From a virus: DNA of 64,000 nt. How positions within the stretch are numbered: the first letter of the stretch is position 1; the number at the start of each line of letters is the position of its first letter. The DNA is taken from positions 64,001 to 128,000 of IMG/VR virus record IMGVR_UViG_3300020056_002227. One strand, given 5' to 3'. A program made the position numbers and the translations under genes. Positions 49,501 through 57,251 of this stretch are shown here, piece after piece. The notes beneath the pieces were generated by a model that searched no databases, was not told where the DNA came from, and worked only from the letters and a program-made list of their open reading frames with translations.

Positions 49501-52027
49501 ATTATTGAAGTTCAACAATGCTTCTCTATCTTCAGCCACTGAAATGAGAATCAGTGATACTACTCAGAATGGTGCAAACCTTGATACACTTCTGAATAAT
49601 TATATTCTGAACAACCCAGGGCCCATCAAAGGCTTTTATAAGATCATTTCAATTAATGATCCTACGAAATATGTTGTTTATTCTATTACTGGTGGATCAA
49701 GCACTCTCACACAATTTGTAATAAACAGTACATATGTTACAGCCTCTACCGGTGCTGATGCTACATATTTTGGAAACAACCCAGCGCTATTCATTACCTT
49801 CAGTAGAAATGGAGATGACGGGCCACAAGGTGTTCAAGGTTATCAAGGTACTCAGGGCATTCAAGGTATTCAAGGTATTCCCGGCCAAGGCACACAAGGT
49901 TTCCAAGGTACTCAGGGTATTCAAGGTGGCCAAGGTGATCAGGGTGAAGCTGGTGCCTTCGGCGGTGTAACATTTGACTATACATTCAGAACTGATACGA
50001 ATCTAACTTCGGTCGCCCCCGGCGAAATAGAGCTCAACAATGCAGCTGCAAATATTGCCACACAGATGGCAATTCACCACAGGGACGATAACTTTATTGA
50101 TATCAGTCAATATTTAGCTACGATTGATGATTCTACAAGCCCCATTAAAGGACACTTTAGAATCTCAGAAGTAGGCACACCATCTAATTTCGTTCTCTTC
50201 ACAATAAGTTCGATGACCGTTGGTGGTAGCTTCAATACCATAACCTGTTCATATGTTGACGGGTCTCTTGGTTCCGGCACATTTACAGACCAGGCAGATG
50301 TTGTAATTACATTTGCTCGAACAGGTGATCAAGGGCCTCCTGGTGCTCAAGGAGCTCAAGGACCTCAGGGTACCCAAGGTTTCCAAGGTAACCAAGGTAT
50401 TGCTGGAGACGGTAATCAAGGTACTCAGGGACCTCAAGGTTTCCAAGGTACCCAAGGCTTTACTGGTGGCCCAGGTGACGAAGGGCCACAAGGACCACAA
50501 GGCCCTCAAGGATTCCAAGGTATTCAAGGTTTTGAAGGTAGCCAAGGGCCTTCGGGTGCTGGTTCTCAAGGCCCACAGGGAATGCAAGGAATGCAGGGTG
50601 TTCAAGGCTTTGTAGGATCTGGTGGTGATGGTAACCAAGGACCTCAAGGTTTCCAAGGAATGCAGGGAACACAAGGGGTTCAAGGTTTCCAAGGTATTTC
50701 TGGTGGTGATGGACAACCAGGTGGCCCAGGTTCTCAAGGGCCTCAGGGCACCCAAGGTATCCAAGGTACTCAAGGTATCAGTGGTGATGGAGGCGATGGA
50801 TCACAGGGTGCTCAGGGACCACAAGGTTTCCAAGGTATTCAAGGTATTCAAGGTATTACTGCGTCAGGTGGTGTAGGGCCGCAGGGACCACAAGGTACTC
50901 AAGGTGTTCAAGGTATACAAGGATTTGGCCAAGAAGGTGGTCAGGGTACTCAGGGTTTACAAGGACTACAAGGTATACAGGGGCCCCTTGGTACTGCAAG
51001 TACCGGCGCACAAGGTATGCAGGGTACTCAGGGCTGGGAGGGCCCTCAGGGTTCTATAGGGATCGGTGATCCCGGTACACAAGGCCCTCAGGGTATTCAA
51101 GGTATCCAAGGTTCACAAGGTACTACAGGCTCCGGTGCAGATGGTTCTCAAGGCTTCCAAGGGACACAAGGTACCCAAGGCTTTACGGGTGCTCAAGGTA
51201 ATCAAGGTTTTACCGGAGCAGGAGATGTTGGAGCTCAAGGTGCTCAAGGCCCTCAAGGTACTATTGGTCTCACTGGCTCACAGGGTGCTCAAGGATTTGA
51301 AGGCGCAGGTGATGAAGGCGCTCAGGGACCACAAGGTACTCAGGGCATACAAGGTGACTTTGGACCACAAGGTACTACTGGTGCGGGTGCTCAGGGTGCT
51401 ATTGGTTTCCAAGGATTCACTGGTTTCCAAGGTACTCAGGGCTTTACAGGTAGTGCAGGTGCTTCAACATCTATTGATGTACAAGATGTTCATACCTCTG
51501 GTCTTCAAAGTACCGACCTACTCGTAACCTTTGTTCAAGGCGGAACCGGTAATAGACCTTTGTATGCTACACTGACACCCAACCCAGCACCAAGTGCCGG
51601 TGCTCAGAATTTCCTATACAGAGCTGACCAAGATAAACTATCAGTAGAGAATATCTTTGTTGGAGGCACAATTACTCAAGATACTGGTGCTTCATGGACT
51701 GCTTCAGATGGTACTTTAAATATAACCGGAAGTCTTGAAGCTTCAAATGATTTGATTACAGCTTCTGATGCAAGATATAAAGAAAATGTTATTGATATCG
51801 AAAATGCCCTAAGCAAGGTCTTGGCAATGAGAGGTGTCAATTATAACATGATAGGTGATGATACACAGAAAATTGGTTTGATCGCACAAGAAGTGCAAGA
51901 GGTCATACCAGAAGTTGTATCTAATAATAATGATAGACTTGGGGTTTCATACGGTAATATAGTCGCACTATTGATCGAAGCCATTAAGGAGCAACAGGCA
52001 CAGCTTGACGATTTGAGAGGTAAGTAA
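46574..52027 (+). CDS. collagen-like (Gly-X-Gln) fibre with six globular beads and C-terminal S74 chaperone
   Basis: Long GxQ triplet runs; repeated GG.TF.Y.F...TF.RTGD domains; SDARYKEN...GLIAQEV...LLIEAIKEQ. Confidence 0.9.
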   Translation: MSTRFRSIGSKTITLGQGIPQQFPIQLDPAPFEGAIVYADNGTIKLSNGTAWVDVGAGPQGVQGFTGTQGVQGIQGEYGPGFTIIGSVPDVDAGGDPQATLNAAFPSPNIGEGVIDDTDDELWIWDGTNWINIGSFRGVQGLQGTQGVQGLQGTLGEKGIQGTRGYRGPQGTQGTQGFQGVQGFQGNQGIQGVQGPQASQGTQGIQGNQGLQGLQGVQGPQASQGTQGFQGNQGMQGFNGDDAGSVYEYRLLNSNIEADPGSGQMIWNLPSNPTDTFSTTTRIWIDDEAFYGVNMEGIYSAIAAADSVNKAYMKVTKRGQPDDYVVFTIQAISDSTGYWQLDVTFIAGNAIRENFVEETSPGVFTSYPLLVDFSISGDKGIQGDQGTQGFQGLQGPQGPQGMQGTQGVQGVQGPQGLTGNQGTVGAYGGVTFRYEYNALDVTNTDPTPGFLKGDNAILGNATELYIDVTDADGVTISAMLADFYASSNPNSKGYLKLADASNVYNYALFEVTGGNLVGTAGTGYHAVAVNSLVTGQTYSNGTDFRISFIRTGDQGIQGNQGTQGIQGFQGSQGTQGFQGSQGTQGIQGVQGPQGLQGTQGFQGTQGTQGIQGLQGVQGSVGDFGGLTFDYTFDSATTDADPGQGNLRFDNAAFDSATKMYIDDLDDAANDLSPLFTELDINASGVKGLFRIINAADVTEFATFNYTEITDSTGYHTFDVAHIAGVTSFTNGADIRITFVRTGDPGPQGAQGSQGPQGTQGFQGVQGLQGIQGTQGIQGTQGIQGMQGTVGDHGGLSWNYLFDSNTSSGSAPVANSWKIDNSNITLATKLVIDDIPDDAYSNELDDFFTYLGAIPGSPKGHILIESTADNDGPAGHHFVVYEFTAFNWDSASELYGIFDVNYIASGAVTSNNWNNVESDHGPDTLVHFIPAGPQGTQGPQGTQGFTGIQGGAGASGGVTFEYEFDTDTGTSLLGAPGLLKFNNASLSSATEMRISDTTQNGANLDTLLNNYILNNPGPIKGFYKIISINDPTKYVVYSITGGSSTLTQFVINSTYVTASTGADATYFGNNPALFITFSRNGDDGPQGVQGYQGTQGIQGIQGIPGQGTQGFQGTQGIQGGQGDQGEAGAFGGVTFDYTFRTDTNLTSVAPGEIELNNAAANIATQMAIHHRDDNFIDISQYLATIDDSTSPIKGHFRISEVGTPSNFVLFTISSMTVGGSFNTITCSYVDGSLGSGTFTDQADVVITFARTGDQGPPGAQGAQGPQGTQGFQGNQGIAGDGNQGTQGPQGFQGTQGFTGGPGDEGPQGPQGPQGFQGIQGFEGSQGPSGAGSQGPQGMQGMQGVQGFVGSGGDGNQGPQGFQGMQGTQGVQGFQGISGGDGQPGGPGSQGPQGTQGIQGTQGISGDGGDGSQGAQGPQGFQGIQGIQGITASGGVGPQGPQGTQGVQGIQGFGQEGGQGTQGLQGLQGIQGPLGTASTGAQGMQGTQGWEGPQGSIGIGDPGTQGPQGIQGIQGSQGTTGSGADGSQGFQGTQGTQGFTGAQGNQGFTGAGDVGAQGAQGPQGTIGLTGSQGAQGFEGAGDEGAQGPQGTQGIQGDFGPQGTTGAGAQGAIGFQGFTGFQGTQGFTGSAGASTSIDVQDVHTSGLQSTDLLVTFVQGGTGNRPLYATLTPNPAPSAGAQNFLYRADQDKLSVENIFVGGTITQDTGASWTASDGTLNITGSLEASNDLITASDARYKENVIDIENALSKVLAMRGVNYNMIGDDTQKIGLIAQEVQEVIPEVVSNNNDRLGVSYGNIVALLIEAIKEQQAQLDDLRGK
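46745..51460 (+). repeat. 9-bp periodic collagen-coding repeats (CAAGGT/CAGGGT)
   Basis: Numerous imperfect GGNNNNCAR units in blocks separated by non-repetitive domains. Confidence 0.9.
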
Positions 52028-52030
52028 ATA

Positions 52031-52720
52031 ATGGCTCTACAGACTAGTGGCGCGATTAGTATCAATGATTTAAGAAATGAATTTGGTCTCGGCGGAACTC
52101 GAGGCCTTAATTCATTTTATGCTGATTCTTCAGACCCTTGGATCGGTACAATTCCCACCAGCGGCACCATTGCCATGAATGATTTCTATGGTTCTAGTGT
52201 TAGAACTGCACGGCTGGGAAGGCCGGGGTTTGGTGACGCAGCAACTTCTACTGGTTATCTTAATCGCAGAATAGGATGGTCGCGACAAGATGGAAGCCAA
52301 TTCTATCTTTATGAATATGGTAGTACGAATGCAGCATTCGGTAGTATTACGAGATCCACAAGCTTATCTACTACTGCACAGCTTGGTGGTATTTGGATAA
52401 CTCAATATTGGTACGGTTCCGGCCCGTCCCGGCCGATCTTTAGTATCTCCCATAGAAGTAGCTCGGACAGTGGATGGACTACCGTACGGTTAAAAGGACC
52501 TTCATTTCCTAGCGGTGGCCAGGTGCAATTCTCACTTAACAGAACATCGAGATATACTTTTGCCCGACACTCATACGGTACTACTGAACAAAGAAATTAT
52601 TATGCTTGGCGATATGTTTGGTGGCAGAGTAGCGGCATGAGCTCTTTACTCACTTCTATTGCTAATTTGTTTGTATATTGCAGAATATATAATAGATCCC
52701 TTTATGTAAAATTTGAATGA
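52031..52720 (+). CDS. putative fibre-tip adhesin
   Basis: MALQTSGAISINDLRNEFG...IP.SG.I...DFYG N-terminus typical of small adhesins that follow S74 fibres; aromatic/Gly/Ser-rich C-terminus. Confidence 0.65.
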   Translation: MALQTSGAISINDLRNEFGLGGTRGLNSFYADSSDPWIGTIPTSGTIAMNDFYGSSVRTARLGRPGFGDAATSTGYLNRRIGWSRQDGSQFYLYEYGSTNAAFGSITRSTSLSTTAQLGGIWITQYWYGSGPSRPIFSISHRSSSDSGWTTVRLKGPSFPSGGQVQFSLNRTSRYTFARHSYGTTEQRNYYAWRYVWWQSSGMSSLLTSIANLFVYCRIYNRSLYVKFE

Positions 52721-52728
52721 GGCTATAG

Positions 52729-53259
52729 ATGATTACTTACAAAATATTAAGAGTGAATACCGCAACTCAAACTGTTCAGATTCGTTATTCGAAAGATAAC
52801 TATGATGATTTCTATGCGCAATACACTTACGATATTCCTTTCACCGAAGAAAAATTGCACCAATTGGCAAAAACTCAAATAGAGGAAGCAGCACATCATT
52901 GGCAATTGGCTGATGATGCACAAGATTTTCAAATAGAACAGGATACAGGTGTAGTCAAGGATAGAATTTATGAAGCCACACCTGATTATGATCACCTAAC
53001 ACATACAATAGAACCTGTTATTACGGAAACGGAAACCACCGAAACATACGGCTACAGGGTAGTAGAGTTAAGCTCTGATCAAAAGGCATTTAATATTAGA
53101 AATCAGAGAGATGGTTTTCTTTTTGAAACTGATATCTATGCACTTTCTGATAGAACAATGTCAGATGAGATGATTGCTTATCGACAAGGATTAAGAGATA
53201 TGACAGATCAAGAAGGGTTTCCCGATAACGTTATTTGGCCGGTTCGTCCGATAGATTAA
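52729..53259 (+). CDS. tail fibre assembly chaperone
   Basis: R..RD..L..TD......YRQ.LRD.T.Q.GFP..V.WP..P C-terminal motif. Confidence 0.8.
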   Translation: MITYKILRVNTATQTVQIRYSKDNYDDFYAQYTYDIPFTEEKLHQLAKTQIEEAAHHWQLADDAQDFQIEQDTGVVKDRIYEATPDYDHLTHTIEPVITETETTETYGYRVVELSSDQKAFNIRNQRDGFLFETDIYALSDRTMSDEMIAYRQGLRDMTDQEGFPDNVIWPVRPID

Positions 53260-53260
53260 A

Positions 53261-54319
53261 ATGAGCTCCCTTAAGTTTTATGTCTTAACATGCAGGAATT
53301 TATTTGCCTTAAAAAGACATGAAAAAACTATTCCAAAAGAAGATTTGTGTATTATCATTAATACACAAAATTCTACCTACGAAGCTGAAGCAGTTTCTTA
53401 TTGCCAAACTGCTGGAATCGAATATCACGTAACTGCCAGTGACGGTACTGCTGCTACTGGTAAAAACTTTTTCTGCGACATATTCGAAGCCTCTACCAAT
53501 GATTATGCTGTTTTAATTGACGGTGATGATTTCATCACACCACATGGTGTATGGACATATAAGCAGGTTGCGGCAATGCCCACACCACCGGATGTTGTAG
53601 CACTTGAATATCAATATGCATTCTATAGGGCTTGGGGTTATACTCCAGTTATTCCAGCACAGGTAGAAGATTGGAGCATATATGACCCGGATCGTGTACC
53701 AGCATGGGGTACACGATGTTTCACTAAACCAAAAGTTTGGTGGGAAGAAGCACTGTCAGGAGATCTCATTAAAGTTGGAGAAAATGAACCAGACGATTTT
53801 GCTCAAACTCTTCATGACATTCATAAAGCATGGGCAATTCACTGTCACAAATATATCAATGAATGGGAAACACATTGTAGGCTGGTATTTTTCTCTAAGA
53901 AGGCTGTCGATGGCTTCAGATTCGATAATCAATACAGGGTGGGCGAAGATACATTAATGTATTTTGAATTAAAACATGCACACATGCAGGGTAATCTTGT
54001 AATGAAACACCTATTCGATAGATATCCTACTTATGTGTATGACACAAGAATAGGTGGTGTGGTAGAAGAAGCCAGAGATGAAGCCGGTACTGATCGTGGC
54101 TTTGTTCAATGGCTTACACTTCTAGTTCAAGGTTATGATGAATTGGAATTGGCTGGTAAAATGCACGAAGAAAAATTGCCAGAATTAAAGGTACACACTT
54201 ACACTGCACCAGAAGATACTTTTAATGCAGATGACTGGGATATAATTTGGCCAGAAGGTTACAGACCAGATGTAATGGGTCTCGTTAACTATCCAGGTAA
54301 AAGATTCATCAAACTATAA
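53261..54319 (+). CDS. GT-A fold glycosyltransferase-like protein
   Basis: SDGT...GKN, YAVLIDGDDF (DxDD), F......VGED. Confidence 0.6.
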   Translation: MSSLKFYVLTCRNLFALKRHEKTIPKEDLCIIINTQNSTYEAEAVSYCQTAGIEYHVTASDGTAATGKNFFCDIFEASTNDYAVLIDGDDFITPHGVWTYKQVAAMPTPPDVVALEYQYAFYRAWGYTPVIPAQVEDWSIYDPDRVPAWGTRCFTKPKVWWEEALSGDLIKVGENEPDDFAQTLHDIHKAWAIHCHKYINEWETHCRLVFFSKKAVDGFRFDNQYRVGEDTLMYFELKHAHMQGNLVMKHLFDRYPTYVYDTRIGGVVEEARDEAGTDRGFVQWLTLLVQGYDELELAGKMHEEKLPELKVHTYTAPEDTFNADDWDIIWPEGYRPDVMGLVNYPGKRFIKL

Positions 54320-54333
54320 TCCTCCTAGTCTTT

Positions 54334-54378
54334 CAGTTCCTTTATTCTAGTAATTATAAATACACTAAAAAGGAATTG
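54334..54378 (+). promoter_or_regulatory. late promoter TATAAATA (54355-54362) inside an RBS-sequestering hairpin
   Basis: CAGTTCCTTT (54334-43) pairs with AAAGGAATTG (54369-78); TAGT/ACTA inner stem; promoter in the loop. Confidence 0.65.
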
Positions 54379-54380
54379 TC

Positions 54381-54776
54381 ATGTCCTCAAGAGCAAATAT
54401 TTACATTGATCAAGCAGCAGACTTTCGTGTCAGCCTCGAGTTATTCGATGCAGATGACGACGAGCTGGTGATCGATAGCTATAATTTCTTTGCAAGTATG
54501 AGAAAAACCTACGGTACTACTAAAATATGTGATTTCGATGTTGAAAAGAATGGTAATGATATAACCTTGGTGCTTGCAGATGAACTTACAAAAACTCTCA
54601 AGCCCGGTAAATATCAGTATGATGTATTGATGGAAAAGCCAACCGGTGAGATCTCAAAGATTGCGGAAGGTCTTGCAATCGTGGTGGACACAATAACAGA
54701 CACAACAACATACACACCCAGTTCAACCAATACACCTCCTACTGGAGATGGTGTGGCTGATGGTGGATCATTCTAA
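54381..54776 (+). CDS. small Ig-like/BppU-like virion protein
   Basis: ANIYIDQ.ADF, A.MRK.Y, T..LKPG.Y.YDV, I.EG...V; ends DGGSF. Confidence 0.7.
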   Translation: MSSRANIYIDQAADFRVSLELFDADDDELVIDSYNFFASMRKTYGTTKICDFDVEKNGNDITLVLADELTKTLKPGKYQYDVLMEKPTGEISKIAEGLAIVVDTITDTTTYTPSSTNTPPTGDGVADGGSF

Positions 54777-54793
54777 TATAGAGGAATACGTAG

Positions 54794-57178
54794 ATGGCTT
54801 TCATAACGATTCTACACAAAAGAAGCAATGTAGAAGATAGACGCCCGACGACAGAGGATTTATTTGAGGGCGAACTTGCACTCAACACTTTTGACGGAAA
54901 ATTATTTTTTAAGACTGTTAAAAATGGGGTAGAGAATGTCATCGAAATTGGTGAGAATTTTGATGGTCAATATTCTAATCTTACAGGTGCACCTACATTA
55001 TTGAGTTCATTCACCAATGACCCTGGTTATATTACAGATTACACAGTCACACTTGCGGATGTAACACAACACGAATCCGGCATCACGATCACAGAATCAC
55101 AGATCAGTGATCTACAAAATTACCTCACGGCTGTTTCTTTTGGACAAGTTACTGACAAGCCTACTACATTGGCAGGATATGGAATTACAGATGCAGCCAC
55201 AGCTGCACAGGGTGCTCTAGCAGATACTGCACTTCAACCAGGTAGAAATATTAGCACATTGCAAAACAATGTAGGATATCTCACCTCGGTTTCGAATACA
55301 GACGTTACTCAACACCAGACAGATATTATCATCACGGAATCTCAAATTAGTGATTTACGACCATATCTCTTATCTGTATCGAGCAGTGACGTTACTCAAC
55401 ATCAAGCTGATCTTCAGCTAACACAGTCTCAGATTACTGATTTCTATGTATCAAATAACGATGTAACACAACATCAGTCGGAGATTCGAATTACTGAATC
55501 TCAAATTACAGACTTAAAGACATATGCCACTGCTGATAATGCAATGAATTTTACCAATAAGACTGGTAATATTACACAGTGGACCAATGATGCCAATTAT
55601 ATCACAAATGCTCAAGAAATCAATGATCTAACTGCAAATGTTACTTGGACCACGGTACCGGATCCTTACATATCTCAGTCTGCTGTCGTACAGCATGAAC
55701 GTCAATTAATTATCTTTGAGAATCAGATTGGTGATTTACAGGATTATCTGACAGCAGTTTCTAATACTGATGTAACTCAACATCAATCTGATATTCGATT
55801 AAATCAGTCTCAAATCGTTGATTTTGCTGTAACCAATACAGACGTTACTCAACACCAAACGGACATTAGAATCACTGAGTCTCAGATTACAGATTTACAA
55901 GCATATCTGACTTCTGAAACGACAACATCACTGGTTGCAAATACTGTAAGTCAAGAATTACTCTTCACAGATGAAACCGGTGCAGTCAATTCAGTTGATC
56001 TAAGTTGGGCTGTAGATGATACAAATCTTGCAAGATTGGTTTCGGGTACATTAGATGCCAATACAGGTATTGCTACATTTACAAGAGATGATGCCAGCAC
56101 ATTCACGGTTAATTTCAATCCGTTATTCGATGATACCAATTTGACCAGAATTAATGCTGCTTCTTTCGATACAGCAAATGGTGTATTGACTCTTACAAGA
56201 ACTGATGCCACAGAAGTTACCGTAGACCTCGATGGAAGATTTTTGACAGAGGTTACAAATACAGCAGTAACAGCTCATCAGTCTGATCTTCAAATTACCG
56301 AATCTCAGATTACAGACCTGCAAGCTTATATCACAGATTACACGGTCACGGTTGGTGATGTAACTCAACACCAAGGTGCTCTTCAGATTCTAGAGTCACA
56401 GGTCGTTGGTCTTGGGCCATATGCTCCATTATCTAATGGTGTGGTACCAGATGCTAATATTTCAAACACATCGATCATTCAGCACCAATCGGAACTGACA
56501 ATTACAGAAAGTCAGATTTCAGATTTGGGTTCTTATCTCACTGCTGAGGCAGATACGCTGGACGATGTAATTGGTAGGGGTGCAACCACAACCACTACGG
56601 CTGTGATCCCATTCCTTTATGCTAATCAAGCAGCATTCCCTGACGCATCTACATATCACGGTGCAATTGCTCACAGTCATGCCGATGGTGCAATGTATTT
56701 TGCTCATAGCGGCTCTTGGAATTTGTTGGCGAATGACACATCTAATCGTAGGGTTGATATCGGCCGAGACAGAGACGATAGTTTTGCAAGGTCATTGAAT
56801 GTAACCGGTCCTATTACATGGGCTGGAAGTCTTGATACCATGGTTGGTCGTGGTGTTACTGGTGCAACAACCTATACGGATAGATTCTCAATTAAGCATA
56901 GTATTACTGGTGCTACTGACGATATCCAAATTGAACTTGTCCCAGGCAATGGTGCTGGTGGTAGAGGCAGTGTGGGTGTTATTGGTGGTTTGAAGGTCAC
57001 AGACGAGATCGAAACTGCTTCAACCTTAAATCTAACTCCATTATCTGCTGCACCTTCAAGTCCGGTGGCAGGAATGTTTGCTGTTGCGGATTATACTAAC
57101 TGGGATCCGGCATCATCATCTACACCAAGGCCATATCCAGTATTTTATGATGGAGCGGTCTGGAATCCGCTGTATTAA
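54794..57178 (+). CDS. tail fibre with Mtd-N-like anchor and QH...ITESQI.DL repeats
   Basis: I.HKRS....RPT...L..GELALNT.DGKLF; KPTTLAGYGITDA; ten VTQHQ.D..ITESQI.DL-type repeats. Confidence 0.8.
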   Translation: MAFITILHKRSNVEDRRPTTEDLFEGELALNTFDGKLFFKTVKNGVENVIEIGENFDGQYSNLTGAPTLLSSFTNDPGYITDYTVTLADVTQHESGITITESQISDLQNYLTAVSFGQVTDKPTTLAGYGITDAATAAQGALADTALQPGRNISTLQNNVGYLTSVSNTDVTQHQTDIIITESQISDLRPYLLSVSSSDVTQHQADLQLTQSQITDFYVSNNDVTQHQSEIRITESQITDLKTYATADNAMNFTNKTGNITQWTNDANYITNAQEINDLTANVTWTTVPDPYISQSAVVQHERQLIIFENQIGDLQDYLTAVSNTDVTQHQSDIRLNQSQIVDFAVTNTDVTQHQTDIRITESQITDLQAYLTSETTTSLVANTVSQELLFTDETGAVNSVDLSWAVDDTNLARLVSGTLDANTGIATFTRDDASTFTVNFNPLFDDTNLTRINAASFDTANGVLTLTRTDATEVTVDLDGRFLTEVTNTAVTAHQSDLQITESQITDLQAYITDYTVTVGDVTQHQGALQILESQVVGLGPYAPLSNGVVPDANISNTSIIQHQSELTITESQISDLGSYLTAEADTLDDVIGRGATTTTTAVIPFLYANQAAFPDASTYHGAIAHSHADGAMYFAHSGSWNLLANDTSNRRVDIGRDRDDSFARSLNVTGPITWAGSLDTMVGRGVTGATTYTDRFSIKHSITGATDDIQIELVPGNGAGGRGSVGVIGGLKVTDEIETASTLNLTPLSAAPSSPVAGMFAVADYTNWDPASSSTPRPYPVFYDGAVWNPLY

Positions 57179-57192
57179 GATCAGGCTAAAAC

Positions 57193-57200
57193 CATAAATA
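57193..57200 (+). promoter_or_regulatory. late promoter (CATAAATA)
   Basis: NATAAATA in the intergenic region before the 1533-aa gene. Confidence 0.6.
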
Positions 57201-57251
57201 GCTCAGGTACTTCTATGACTAAAGCTATATAAGAATAACAGGACATAAGGG

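Noticed and set aside
46745-51460. Repeat blocks separated by unique segments, superficially CRISPR-like
   Set aside because: Repeats are degenerate in-frame codon triplets, spacers are about 400-bp protein domains, and no cas genes are present
46652-51527. Many alternative-frame and antisense ORFs (KVFKV..., LETLGTL...) over the collagen gene
   Set aside because: Artefacts of the 9-bp periodic Gly-X-Gln coding repeats; no independent signals
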